Positions 23,519-33,578 of a DNA stretch of 64,000 nt are shown here, in pieces. The stretch's first letter is position 1, and the number at the start of each line of letters is the position of its first letter. Position numbers and translations under genes: made by a program. Origin of the DNA: Colwellia sp. (GTDB lineage: Bacteria > Pseudomonadota > Gammaproteobacteria > Enterobacterales > Alteromonadaceae); assembly GCA_049607625.1 (NCBI GenBank), contig JBMYWR010000003.1, positions 1,654-65,653 of the forward strand. The letters are read 5' to 3'. The notes beneath the pieces are model-generated. The model saw nothing but the letters and a program-made list of their open reading frames with translations, was not told the origin of the DNA and ran no database searches.

Positions 23519-26500
23519 TTAAATAGCTTTAGTTGCTTGCGATGAACTTCTACTTGTAACATCGGCAACAATCGCCATTTTAGCTGATTTAGTAAAATCC
23601 ATTCTGTCATCATTATGCTTTGATGCCGTTGGAATTTCGTTAATCGTCGTAATCGTTTCTGTTCTCGTCATAGGAGAAGAGGCTCTACCGGGCTCACTTT
23701 TTCCTTTTCTGACTTGTCTTGCAAGTTTTTTATCTTTAGTACCAGAAGACTTTGCTTGAGGAGCTGATACCTTTTTAGCTTTTACTTTTTTCGCTACAGG
23801 TTTTTCTTCAACTTCAGTTTCAACAGATGCTTCAACAACAGGTTTTTCTTCAACTTCAGTTTCAACAGATGCTTCAACAACAGGTGTTTCTTCTACTTCA
23901 GTTTCAACAGATGCTTCAACAACAGGCGTTTCTTCTACTTCAGTTTCAACAGATGCTTCAACAACAGGCGTTTCTTCTACTTCAGTTTTAACAGATGCTT
24001 CAACAACAGGCGTTGCTTCTACTTCAGTTTCAACAGATGCTTCAACAACAGGCGTTGCTTCTACTTCAGTTTCAACAGCTGCTTCAACAACAGGCGTTGC
24101 TTCTACTTCAGTTTCAACTACTGCTTCAACAACAGGCGTTGTTTCTACTTCAGTTTCAACTACTGCTTCAACAACAGGCGTTGTTTCTACTTCAGTTTCA
24201 ACTACTGCTTCAACAACAGGCGTTTCCACTACAGGGGTATCTGCAGCAGGCTGATTTTCTTGCGGGTAACGAGCCTCAATAGGGTTCGAGTCAACACTTT
24301 CACCGTTTAACTTTTCTTGTGCTACCGCTTCATCAAACATTTGCTTTTGGCCAGAGTCTTTGTTAGTCGTTTTACGTCTACGTTGGCCATTGTTACGTAA
24401 ATGTCTTGCTGTACGTCTATTTTTTGGTTGCTCATCACTATTTGATGTTACATCAACAGCAACATTACCATCTACTTCGGTTTCAATTTTTACATCGTCT
24501 ATAGATTTTGCTTTAACGGGCTTTTTAGTTTCTGGTTTACGAGGCGTTTTAGCAACGTTTGTAGAATCTTTTTTCGCTTCAACTTGCGCAGCTACTTGAG
24601 TAGAAGGTGTCATACGAACAGACTTCTTCTTTCCTCTACGTTGACGACGCTCAGTCACCTTCTCTTCTTTAGCGATAACTTCTTTTTCACGCTCAGGCTT
24701 ACGATTATTTCGCTTAGGAGCATTTTTGTTATGCTCTTTTTGATCTCGATTAGGACGACCTGCATCAGAAGCTTTTTGAGGACGCTTATTGTCTGCATCA
24801 ACTTTATCGTTTCTTTCAGCGTTGCGGCCATTACGATTATTACGGTTATTACGACGCTGACCTTGACGTTGGTTTCTTCGATTATCGTGTGAGTTTTTAC
24901 GTTCGTTAGGTTTAGCTTTAGGCTTAACTTCTTCAGCCGCTTCTTCGCTTGTAAATAAGCCCTTCAACCAGCCCCATAAACCTGTAGAATTTTTTGTTTC
25001 AACGGCAGAAACCTTGCTGTCATTAGTTGAGACTGGACGTTTAGGTGCTGAAATAGACTGAATTACAGGCTCATCACGCTTAGCAATCGTTTTATCAAAC
25101 TTAGGCATTTTAGCTTCTTCTAATTCTGCCTGTTTAACATCAACTTCATAGCTTGCTTCAACAATAGTGTCATCTTTCTTAACACGTGCTACTTCATATT
25201 GTGGTGTATCCATATGCGGGTTTGGAATAATCAAAACACGTACATCATGATGCTTCTCAACATGCATAACAGAACGACGTTTTTCATTTAACAAATAAGT
25301 TGCAACAGGAACGGGTACTTGTGCTTGTACTTGTAATGTGTTGTCTTTAATGGCTTCTTCTTCCATTAAGCGAAGTACTGATAATGCTAAAGATTCAACA
25401 CCACGTACTTGACCCGTACCATTACAGCGAGGACAAACGCCTTGACTGGTTTCACCGATAGATGGACGAAGACGTTGGCGCGACATTTCTAACAAACCAA
25501 ATCGTGATATTTTACTAAGCTGAATACGAGCTCTGTCTTGATGAACAGCATCGCGCATTCTATTTTCTACTTCACGCTGGTGTCTTACAGGAGTCATATC
25601 GATAAAATCGATAACAACTAAACCACCTAAGTCACGCAATCTTAGTTGTCTTGCAACTTCTTCTGCCGCTTCTAAGTTAGTATTAAATGCGGTTTCCTCG
25701 ATATCGCTTCCCTTTGTAGCACGAGCGGAGTTTACATCAACAGACGTCATTGCTTCAGTTGGGTCGATAACAATTGAACCACCTGAAGGTAAGCGAACTT
25801 CACGTTGAAAAGCTGTTTCAATTTGGCTTTCAATTTGGTAGTGCGTAAATAAAGGTACATCACTGTTATACAACTTTATTTTATTTAAGAAGTCTGGACG
25901 AACGATTTCTATATGTTTTTTCACACTTTCGAAAGTTTTAGGTCTATCAATAAGTACTTCACCAATATCGCGACGTAAGTAATCTCGAAGCGCTCTAAGA
26001 ATGAGGTTCGTTTCTTGATGAATTAAGAAAGGAGCAGGGCGGCTTTTTGCAGCATCGCTAATGGCTTGCCAATGATGAAGTAAAACACTTAAGTCCCACT
26101 CTAGTTCATCGTAGTTTTTACCTACACCAGCAGTACGAACTATAAGTCCCATACCTTTAGGCATATCTAATTTACTTAGAGATGTTTTTAAATCTGTGCG
26201 TTCATCACCTTCGATACGGCGAGAAATACCACCGGCACGTGGGTTATTTGGCATAAGCACTAAATAACTTCCAGCTAAACTGATAAAGGTAGTAAGCGCA
26301 GCACCTTTTTGGCCGCGTTCTTCTTTATCAATCTGAACAATGACTTCTTGTCCCTCTTTTAGTACGTCTTTAATACTTGGACGACCTTGGAAAGTGTAGC
26401 CTTTAGGGAAGTATTCTCTAGAGATTTCCTTCATTGGTAAGAAACCGTGACGGTCAGCACCGTAATCTACAAAGGCAGCTTCTAAAGACGGTTCTACGCG

Positions 26501-26641
26501 GGTGATTTTTGCTTTGTATATATTTGATTTTTTTTGTTCATGACCAGGGCTTTCTATATCTAAATCATATAGCTTCTGACCATCTACAAGCGCAACACGC
26601 AATTCTTCTGATTGTGTTGCATTGATTAACATACGTTTCAT
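23519..26641 (-). CDS. rne: Ribonuclease E (start reassigned to MKRMLINATQ)
   Basis: Catalytic N-terminal domain, CPRC Zn-link, membrane anchor GLWGWLKGLF, Arg-rich segments, disordered C-terminus. Confidence 0.97.
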   Translation of the reverse strand: MKRMLINATQSEELRVALVDGQKLYDLDIESPGHEQKKSNIYKAKITRVEPSLEAAFVDYGADRHGFLPMKEISREYFPKGYTFQGRPSIKDVLKEGQEVIVQIDKEERGQKGAALTTFISLAGSYLVLMPNNPRAGGISRRIEGDERTDLKTSLSKLDMPKGMGLIVRTAGVGKNYDELEWDLSVLLHHWQAISDAAKSRPAPFLIHQETNLILRALRDYLRRDIGEVLIDRPKTFESVKKHIEIVRPDFLNKIKLYNSDVPLFTHYQIESQIETAFQREVRLPSGGSIVIDPTEAMTSVDVNSARATKGSDIEETAFNTNLEAAEEVARQLRLRDLGGLVVIDFIDMTPVRHQREVENRMRDAVHQDRARIQLSKISRFGLLEMSRQRLRPSIGETSQGVCPRCNGTGQVRGVESLALSVLRLMEEEAIKDNTLQVQAQVPVPVATYLLNEKRRSVMHVEKHHDVRVLIIPNPHMDTPQYEVARVKKDDTIVEASYEVDVKQAELEEAKMPKFDKTIAKRDEPVIQSISAPKRPVSTNDSKVSAVETKNSTGLWGWLKGLFTSEEAAEEVKPKAKPNERKNSHDNRRNQRQGQRRNNRNNRNGRNAERNDKVDADNKRPQKASDAGRPNRDQKEHNKNAPKRNNRKPEREKEVIAKEEKVTERRQRRGKKKSVRMTPSTQVAAQVEAKKDSTNVAKTPRKPETKKPVKAKSIDDVKIETEVDGNVAVDVTSNSDEQPKNRRTARHLRNNGQRRRKTTNKDSGQKQMFDEAVAQEKLNGESVDSNPIEARYPQENQPAADTPVVETPVVEAVVETEVETTPVVEAVVETEVETTPVVEAVVETEVEATPVVEAAVETEVEATPVVEASVETEVEATPVVEASVKTEVEETPVVEASVETEVEETPVVEASVETEVEETPVVEASVETEVEEKPVVEASVETEVEEKPVAKKVKAKKVSAPQAKSSGTKDKKLARQVRKGKSEPGRASSPMTRTETITTINEIPTASKHNDDRMDFTKSAKMAIVADVTSRSSSQATKAI
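23796..24220. repeat. 42-bp x10 coding tandem repeat in the rne C-terminal scaffold (PVVEAxVETEVExx)
   Basis: Unit e.g. ACAGGTTTTTCTTCAACTTCAGTTTCAACAGATGCTTCAACA repeated ten times. Confidence 0.95.
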
Positions 26642-27345
26642 AGGTTTATGTGACTCATTATTGGCCACAGCACTATTGCTTTGTACACAAAGTATCTTTG
26701 GTGTTATACCAGCAGTTTGTCAACCTCACGGTTGTCAAGTTAACGTGTCATTGCACCACGTTAAGCTAATAATTGTCTGATCTCTATCTTCATGTAGCAT
26801 TACCCCACTATTATTTATAAATAGGGAGATAACATTACAATTGTTTAGTTCTTTATGTGCTCAGGCTATGCGCTGTGCAAATTTATAAAGAGAATATTAA
26901 ATGTGTTATTTGAACACTGTACTTATCTTTATAAATTATTTATTAAAATTGCTTTATGGTGCTGGGTAATGAATGTCGATAGCTAATTATCGATAAAACT
27001 GTTTATGTGTTATTTAACATGTTACATAACTTAAATCACAGTACGCTTATAAAGCCGCTCTTTGTGTTTAAATTTGCGTTAAATGTGACAACAGGCTGTT
27101 CATCAGTATGTCAAAAATTATTTTTCAAGTTAATGTTTACAACTTACGTTAAGTGTAAATAACGTTGCGAATTATGATTCTTAATAAAGAATTTACACAG
27201 AATAATTTTTATTGCATAAAGATGTAGCCGCAGTTTACCTCTTACGTCTCTCTTTAAAGCTTCTAAGTTGTTAATAATTCAAGTTGTATTTTTTTATTTT
27301 AGTAAAAATTACAACTTTATACTTGTAACAACTTCTACATTATCC
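26642..27345 (-). promoter_or_regulatory. rne promoter and long structured 5' leader (rne5-like autoregulatory UTR)
   Basis: Minus-strand AGTGGATAATG (~27338-27348), GACGTAAGAGGTA (~27236-27248), hairpin GACAACCGTGAGGTTGAC (26719-26736) and AATAATGAGT before the ATG all resemble the E. coli rne leader as recalled. Confidence 0.6.
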
Positions 27346-27453
27346 ACTATAAATTGCAATAAGCCAATAAATTTACTCTTTAAATTTACAATATTGCGAA
27401 ATGAATGTGTTAAAATTTAAGAATACTAAGTAAATAACGATGAAATAAACAAA

Positions 27454-28440
27454 ATGACTAATGTACAACCGAAAGATGAACGGTCTAAAAATGACGACGA
27501 AGATAAACCTAAAGTTCGGTATTTTACTATTGATGCTGAGGATGCGGGACAACGAATTGATAATTTTTTATTGCGTACGTTAAAAGGTGTACCCAAAAGC
27601 CATTTGTACCGACTAATGCGTAAAGGTGAAATACGAGTTAATAAGAAACGTATTAAACCTGTTTATAAGTTATTAGCTGAGGACATTGTTAGAGTTGCTC
27701 CTATTCGTGTATCAGAAAAAACAACGGAAGTTTCAACAGGACTAAAAATAGTATCAGAGTTAGAAAATCAAATTCTGTTTGAAGACGACCGCCTCATTGT
27801 AATCAACAAACCTTCTGGCATGGCTGTGCATGGTGGAAGTGGTTTAAGTTTTGGGTTAATTGAAGCATTAAGGTCTTTACGTCCAGAAGCTAAAATGCTT
27901 GAACTTGTCCATCGCTTAGACCGAGATACTTCAGGTTGCCTAGTGGTCGCAAAGAAACGCTCCGCATTGCGTCATTTGCATGAGCAACTTCGTAGCAAAA
28001 CAGTACAAAAGTTTTATCATGCATTAGTAAAAGGGCATTGGCCGGATAAACTCACTCGTGTTACAAGTGCGCTCAAAAAGAACGACTTAAAATCAGGAGA
28101 ACGTGTTGTAGTGGTTGATAACATTAACGGTAAACCATCTGAGACTCGTTATCGTGTATTAGAAAGGTACCGAGGTTGTACTTTAGTTCGTGCTTTTCCT
28201 GTAACTGGCAGAACCCATCAAATAAGGGTACATTGCCAGACCAGTAATCACTCTATTGCAATGGATGCAAAATATGGTCATGAACAATTTGATGAAGACA
28301 TGAAGTCGAAAGGATTAAAAAGATTGTTTTTACATGCAGCAAGCATAGAGTTCACTCACCCTAAAACGGATGAGCGAATAAAAATAGAAGCGCCATTAGA
28401 GCCTAGTTTGGAAAAATTACTGGCTAAATTACCTCGTTAA
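27454..28440 (+). CDS. rluC: 23S rRNA pseudouridine(955/2504/2580) synthase RluC
   Basis: S4 domain GQRIDNFL, HRLDRDTSG, GRTHQIRVH; divergent from rne. Confidence 0.96.
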   Translation: MTNVQPKDERSKNDDEDKPKVRYFTIDAEDAGQRIDNFLLRTLKGVPKSHLYRLMRKGEIRVNKKRIKPVYKLLAEDIVRVAPIRVSEKTTEVSTGLKIVSELENQILFEDDRLIVINKPSGMAVHGGSGLSFGLIEALRSLRPEAKMLELVHRLDRDTSGCLVVAKKRSALRHLHEQLRSKTVQKFYHALVKGHWPDKLTRVTSALKKNDLKSGERVVVVDNINGKPSETRYRVLERYRGCTLVRAFPVTGRTHQIRVHCQTSNHSIAMDAKYGHEQFDEDMKSKGLKRLFLHAASIEFTHPKTDERIKIEAPLEPSLEKLLAKLPR

Positions 28441-28474
28441 GACAATCGTGAAAAACGGTATTGATAACGGCCTG

Positions 28475-29071
28475 TTAGTTTTTTCTTTGTTCAGCTAATA
28501 CATCAATACCGTGTTGTTTTAACAAATTTACAAGCCTAATAAGAGGTAAACCAATTAAAGTATTTGGATCATCACCAGATAGTTTTTCAAACAAACAGAT
28601 ACCTAATGCCTCACTTTTGAAACTGCCTGCACAGTTATAGGGCTCTTCGGCATGCAAATAATGTGTTATTTCATCAAGTGAAAGAGTTTTAAAATGGACT
28701 TCAAAAGGTTCTACTAATGACGTTATTTTGCCCGTTTCGCTATTTAAAACACAAAGCCCTGTATAAAAGGTTACCTTCTTACCGCTAAATTGGCTTAATT
28801 GTGCAACGGCATTTTCAAAGTGGTGAGGCTTCCCTAAAATTGTACCATCACAAACGGCTACCTGATCAGAGCCAATGATAATGGCATTTGAATGTTCAAT
28901 CGCTACGGCCTTTGCTTTGTCTATTGCAAGACGTTCGACGAGTGATTGGGGTGATTCTCCCTCTATAGGGCTTTCATCGGTATTAGGTTTTGCACATAAA
29001 AACGGTAAATTAAGTTTTTCTAGGATTTCTTTTCGAAATACTGAAGTGGATCCTAAAACGAGGGTTCTCAT
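28475..29071 (-). CDS. yceF: Maf-family nucleoside triphosphate pyrophosphatase (YceF)
   Basis: LVLGSTS, IIGSDQ, LGKP, CAGSFKSE; synteny. Confidence 0.88.
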   Translation of the reverse strand: MRTLVLGSTSVFRKEILEKLNLPFLCAKPNTDESPIEGESPQSLVERLAIDKAKAVAIEHSNAIIIGSDQVAVCDGTILGKPHHFENAVAQLSQFSGKKVTFYTGLCVLNSETGKITSLVEPFEVHFKTLSLDEITHYLHAEEPYNCAGSFKSEALGICLFEKLSGDDPNTLIGLPLIRLVNLLKQHGIDVLAEQRKN

Positions 29072-29192
29072 TATGTTTTATTCCTTTGGCTGACTTGATA
29101 ATTAATTAAAGCATTATAGTGTCCATATTATCTTATTTTAGTGTTATAATTTCCATAATATTGTTTATTTAGATAAAAATGTTTAATTTCTT

Positions 29193-29228
29193 TTGACACT
29201 TGCCCTTTTGGGCTTTATTATGCGCGCC
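29193..29228 (+). promoter_or_regulatory. Sigma70 promoter of yceD-rpmF with GC discriminator; nearly leaderless mRNA
   Basis: TTGACA-17 bp-TATTAT-GCGCGCC, ending 3 bp before the ATG at 29231. Confidence 0.75.
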
Positions 29229-29230
29229 TT

Positions 29231-29743
29231 ATGCAGAATCTTAAACTTCCAATTACAATTCGTCCAACCCAAAGTGCTCAACGTAGACTTGTGTGTGATG
29301 GTGTGTTCAAATTATCGGAAATGACTAGACTGCTTGCTGTATGCGAAGGCAAAAGCGAGCAGGTTCAGGTTAATGTTAAGTTTGATGTGGATGAACGTGG
29401 TTTGACAGTAATGTCTGGCACAGCATCGGCATTGGTTGCATTAATTTGTCAGCGGTGTACAGAACCTTTTGAGTATAAGCTAGAAGTATCTTTTACTTTT
29501 AGCCCAGCGAAAAATGCTGAAGCTGCTGAAGAAATACCGTCATACTATGACGTAGTAGAATTAGATGAAAATGGTGAAGTCAACTTGCGTGACTTAGTGG
29601 AAGAAGAGTTAATGCTCATGGTTCCATTAATTCCAAGGCATGAACTTAAAGACTGTCCGGCTGAAGCCGATAGTGTTTGGGGAGAGCTGCCTGAAGAGCT
29701 TGAAAAACCAAACCCATTTGACGTATTAAAACAACTTAAGTAA
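29231..29743 (+). CDS. yceD: 23S rRNA accumulation protein YceD (DUF177)
   Basis: CQRC motif, KPNPFDVLKQLK C-terminus, upstream of rpmF. Confidence 0.92.
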   Translation: MQNLKLPITIRPTQSAQRRLVCDGVFKLSEMTRLLAVCEGKSEQVQVNVKFDVDERGLTVMSGTASALVALICQRCTEPFEYKLEVSFTFSPAKNAEAAEEIPSYYDVVELDENGEVNLRDLVEEELMLMVPLIPRHELKDCPAEADSVWGELPEELEKPNPFDVLKQLK

Positions 29744-29778
29744 ATCACTTAACGTTTAAAAAAAACTAGGAGTAACTC

Positions 29779-29949
29779 ATGGCAGTTCAAAAAAGTAAAA
29801 AATCTCGTTCAAGACGTGGTATGCGTCGTTCACATGATGCAGTAACTGCAGAAAACTTATCTGTAGATCCAGTATCAGGTGAAACTCATCGTCGTCACCA
29901 CGTGACTGCTGATGGTTTCTATAAAGGTGTTAAAGTTATCGCTAAATAA
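29779..29949 (+). CDS. rpmF: 50S ribosomal protein L32 (56 aa; missing from the ORF track)
   Basis: [56 protein letters not shown] with AGGAG RBS. Confidence 0.97.
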   Translation: MAVQKSKKSRSRRGMRRSHDAVTAENLSVDPVSGETHRRHHVTADGFYKGVKVIAK

Positions 29950-29977
29950 GCGATACTTTTGATTCTTAGGAATACCT

Positions 29978-31006
29978 TTGAATAATCTGACCATAGCGTT
30001 AGATGTTATGGGGGGCGATAAAGGCCCCCGTATAACTATAAAATCTTCTATAATGGCAATTAATTCCTTGCCAAACTTACAGTTAATTTTATGTGGTGAT
30101 GAACAACAAATCACTTCGGAATTAGCTCGTTATAATATATCCCCAGAACAATTAAATAATCACCCGCAATTATCTATTTGCCCTACATCACAAGTAGTGG
30201 GTATGGATGAAAAACCTTCTTCCGCGTTACGCTGTAAGAAAGACTCTTCTATGCGCAAGGCACTCGACTTAGTTGATAACAACCAGGCACAAGCCTGTGT
30301 AAGTGCTGGCAATACTGGCGCCTTGTTTACAATGGCTCACCTTATTTTGAAAACACTTCCCGGTGTTGAAAGGCCTGCATTAATTTCAGCTTTACCGACT
30401 CGAGAAGAAGAACAGCAAGTTTTTATGCTTGACTTAGGTGCTAATGTATTTTGTGACTCTCATGTGCTGTATCAATTTGGCGTGATGGGGTCTGTACTTG
30501 CCGAGCATACAGCTCAAATAGATAAACCACGTGTTGCACTTCTAAATATGGGCTCTGAGTCGATGAAAGGAAGTGATCATATCAAACTTGCTTCAGTCGA
30601 ATTAAGTGAAAATAGCAATATTAATTATATTGGTTTTATAGAAGGCCATGAAATATTTTCAAATAAAGCAGATGTTATCGTTTGTGATGGGTTTGTTGGC
30701 AATGTCGCTTTAAAAACCTGTGAAGGGGTTGCTCGTATGGTTTATAAAAAATCAAAGCATGTCTTCAACGAAAATGTTTTTATTCAGATTTTAAGTCGAC
30801 TTTTGAAAAAAAGTATAAAAAAAGTGTTTAAAACACTGAACCCCGACCAGTATAACGGTGCAAGTTTGATAGGATTGCGCGGTATTGTGGTTAAAAGCCA
30901 TGGCGATGCGAATGAAAAAGCTTTTTATGCAGCAATTATGCAAGCAGTAAAAGAGATAAAGCATCAAGTGCCAGAAAAAATCAATACCACACTAGATCAA
31001 AGTTAG
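29978..31006 (+). CDS. plsX: Phosphate acyltransferase PlsX
   Basis: ALDVMGGD, SAGNTGAL, DGFVGNVALK, VKSHG. Confidence 0.96.
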   Translation: MNNLTIALDVMGGDKGPRITIKSSIMAINSLPNLQLILCGDEQQITSELARYNISPEQLNNHPQLSICPTSQVVGMDEKPSSALRCKKDSSMRKALDLVDNNQAQACVSAGNTGALFTMAHLILKTLPGVERPALISALPTREEEQQVFMLDLGANVFCDSHVLYQFGVMGSVLAEHTAQIDKPRVALLNMGSESMKGSDHIKLASVELSENSNINYIGFIEGHEIFSNKADVIVCDGFVGNVALKTCEGVARMVYKKSKHVFNENVFIQILSRLLKKSIKKVFKTLNPDQYNGASLIGLRGIVVKSHGDANEKAFYAAIMQAVKEIKHQVPEKINTTLDQS

Positions 31007-31133
31007 ATGACATAGCAAATAATAAAAAACGTTCTTTCGTTGTACACAAACCTCGTTGGTTGTTCATATCGTTTCATTTATGTTTTCTACTCCTTTGTGC
31101 CATTTCATTTAGATAAAGAAAGAGTAACAGATT

Positions 31134-32072
31134 ATGCATAATTCATTAGCTTTTGTATTTCCAGGGCAAGGATCTCAGTCAGTAGCTATGTTAAGTGACT
31201 TTGCAGAGGATGAAGTTGTTCAATCGACTTTTTCTGAAGCATCAAGTGCTTTAGGATACAATTTGTGGGAGCTTATCGCTCAAGGTCCATCAGAAAAATT
31301 AAACCAAACCCACTTTACTCAACCCGCCTTACTTACTGCAAGTGTTGCTTTATGGCGATTATGGCAAAATAAATCAGATGTAATGCCAAGTGTTTTAGCG
31401 GGTCATAGTTTAGGTGAATACTCTGCTTTAGTTTGTGCTAATGTCATTTCTCTTGCTGATGCCGTAGTCCTCGTAGAAAAACGTGGTCAGTACATGCAGA
31501 GCTGTGTTGCAGAAGGTGTTGGTGCCATGGCTGCTGTGATTGGTTTAGAAAACGAAGTTATTATTGATAGCTGTAACAAAGCAGAACAAGGCGAAGTTGT
31601 TTCTGCAGTAAACTTCAACTCTCCAGGTCAAGTTGTTATAGCCGGTCATAAAGAGGCCGTTTCTCGAGCAGGAGAGTTATGTAAAGCTGCTGGAGCTAAG
31701 CGTGTTTTACCTTTACCTGTTAGTGTACCTTCTCATTGTGCTTTAATGAAAGATGCAGCAGAGCAACTTGCACAAACATTAGAAGAAATTTCTTTTAATA
31801 CACCAAGTATTATGGTCGTAAATAATGTGGATGTTTCTATTGAGTCTTCTGGTGAAGTTATCAAGCAAGCCCTTATCAGACAACTATACTCGCCTGTACG
31901 TTGGAGCGAAACAATTACTAAGTTAGCCAATGATGGCATTGATACAGTTATTGAAGTTGGACCAGGAAAAGTACTTCAGGGTTTAAATAAGCGTATTGAT
32001 AAAACGATAAAAAGTGTTTCAATAAATAACACAGCCAGTTTAGAACAAGCATTAGCGTTAGTGGGGGAATAA
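31134..32072 (+). CDS. fabD: Malonyl-CoA:ACP transacylase
   Basis: FPGQGSQ, GHSLGEY, VPSH. Confidence 0.97.
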   Translation: MHNSLAFVFPGQGSQSVAMLSDFAEDEVVQSTFSEASSALGYNLWELIAQGPSEKLNQTHFTQPALLTASVALWRLWQNKSDVMPSVLAGHSLGEYSALVCANVISLADAVVLVEKRGQYMQSCVAEGVGAMAAVIGLENEVIIDSCNKAEQGEVVSAVNFNSPGQVVIAGHKEAVSRAGELCKAAGAKRVLPLPVSVPSHCALMKDAAEQLAQTLEEISFNTPSIMVVNNVDVSIESSGEVIKQALIRQLYSPVRWSETITKLANDGIDTVIEVGPGKVLQGLNKRIDKTIKSVSINNTASLEQALALVGE

Positions 32073-32168
32073 AGTACAGCTCATTTTTAATGAGAGGATA
32101 ACTTTATTCACAATGAATCTAAAAATAACAATTATTAAACAATAATATATAAATAAAATAGGAAAATT

Positions 32169-32918
32169 ATGTTCACGTTAACAGGAAAAGTAGCACTCGT
32201 TACTGGCGCAAGCCGAGGTATCGGTAAAGCGATCGCAATTCAGTTACAATCATTAGGTGCCATTGTTATAGGTACAGCGACTTCAGAAAATGGCGCTAAT
32301 AATATCAGTGAGTATTTATCTGACAATAAAGATGTTGCAAGCATGGGCTTGGTGTTAAATGTTACTGAAAGCGACTCTATCGCTGCCTTATTCGAAACAA
32401 TAAAAGATAACTTTGGTAGTGTTGATATATTAGTAAATAACGCCGGTATTACGCGTGATAACCTATTTATGCGAATGAAAGATGATGAGTGGCAAGATAT
32501 TCTAGACACCAACTTAACTTCGGTTTATAAGGTGAGCAAAGCGGCTATTCGTCCAATGATGAAAAAGAAGAATGGTCGCATTATTAATATCGGCTCTGTG
32601 GTTGGCACAATGGGTAATGCAGGGCAAGTTAATTACGCGACAGCAAAAGCGGGTCTTCTAGGGTTTACCAAGTCATTAGCTCGTGAGATAGCCTCTCGTG
32701 GCATTACGGTTAATACCATAGCACCAGGATTTATAGATACAGACATGACGCAAACACTCACAGATGAGCAAAAAGAGGGGATTTTCTCTCAAGTACCGAG
32801 TAATCGTTTAGGTAAACCTGACGAAATTGCGAGCACTGTGGCGTTTTTAGCATCAGATTGTGCTGCTTATATTACAGGTGAAACAATTCATGTAAATGGC
32901 GGTATGTACATGGTATAA
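32169..32918 (+). CDS. fabG: 3-oxoacyl-ACP reductase
   Basis: TGASRGIG, NNAGITRD, YATAK. Confidence 0.97.
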   Translation: MFTLTGKVALVTGASRGIGKAIAIQLQSLGAIVIGTATSENGANNISEYLSDNKDVASMGLVLNVTESDSIAALFETIKDNFGSVDILVNNAGITRDNLFMRMKDDEWQDILDTNLTSVYKVSKAAIRPMMKKKNGRIINIGSVVGTMGNAGQVNYATAKAGLLGFTKSLAREIASRGITVNTIAPGFIDTDMTQTLTDEQKEGIFSQVPSNRLGKPDEIASTVAFLASDCAAYITGETIHVNGGMYMV

Positions 32919-32969
32919 GCCCACTGAGTAAGGCTTGTAGACTATTTTTAGCAATAAATCAAGTTCGTC

Positions 32970-33035
32970 AAGAGGTTAGACCACACAAAAAAGTGTCCAT
33001 TGGCACTTGCAAGGTTGGCATTTGACGAATAAACT
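32970..33035 (+). promoter_or_regulatory. acpP promoter with a candidate FadR box
   Basis: AAGAGGTTAGACCACAC (FadR-like GGTnnGACC core) upstream of TTGCAA-17 bp-TAAACT; similar layout to the E. coli acpP promoter. Confidence 0.55.
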
Positions 33036-33080
33036 ACACGAAATTTTGAAAAAGACATACAATTTAGTTAAGGAAGTAAA

Positions 33081-33314
33081 ATGAGTACAATCGTAGAGCG
33101 CGTTATCAAAATCACTATCGAGCAATTAGGTGTTAGCGAAGATGAAGTAAAAATTGATTCATCATTTGTAGACGACCTAGGTGCAGATTCTCTTGATACA
33201 GTAGAATTAGTAATGGCTCTTGAAGAAGAGTTCGATACTGAGATTCCTGATGAAGAAGCAGAGAAAATCACAACAGTTCAAGCTGCTGTTGATTATGTAA
33301 ATGCTAACCAGTAA
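33081..33314 (+). CDS. acpP: Acyl carrier protein
   Basis: [20 protein letters not shown]. Confidence 0.98.
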   Translation: MSTIVERVIKITIEQLGVSEDEVKIDSSFVDDLGADSLDTVELVMALEEEFDTEIPDEEAEKITTVQAAVDYVNANQ

Positions 33315-33352
33315 TAAATAATCGAACAATCTTTAGTATTGTTCTTTTCAAG

Positions 33353-33388
33353 AAAGCGGGCCACTTATTTTAAGTAACCGCTTTTTTT
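33353..33388 (+). terminator. Terminator after acpP
   Basis: AAAGCGG...CCGCTTTTTTT. Confidence 0.75.
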
Positions 33389-33578
33389 ATACCTAAAACC
33401 CACTAAATCACATGATAGAGGCCTATTTTTAGCTAGGTCATATATTTAAATAATACTTATTCAAGACTTAAGTTTATTTTGATCACACTATGTAAGTTGT
33501 GTTTAAATTAGCAAATAGAAATTTTTATCAATTTATTGGCTTGATGTATTTGGTCTGAATATAGAATGGAGTAAGAAA

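Noticed and set aside
23796-24220. rne repeat array as a possible CRISPR
   Set aside because: Contiguous in-frame units with no unique spacers and no cas genes nearby
23995-24282. Gln/Leu-rich repetitive ORF on the + strand
   Set aside because: Antisense shadow of the rne 42-bp repeat; no RBS or independent coding evidence
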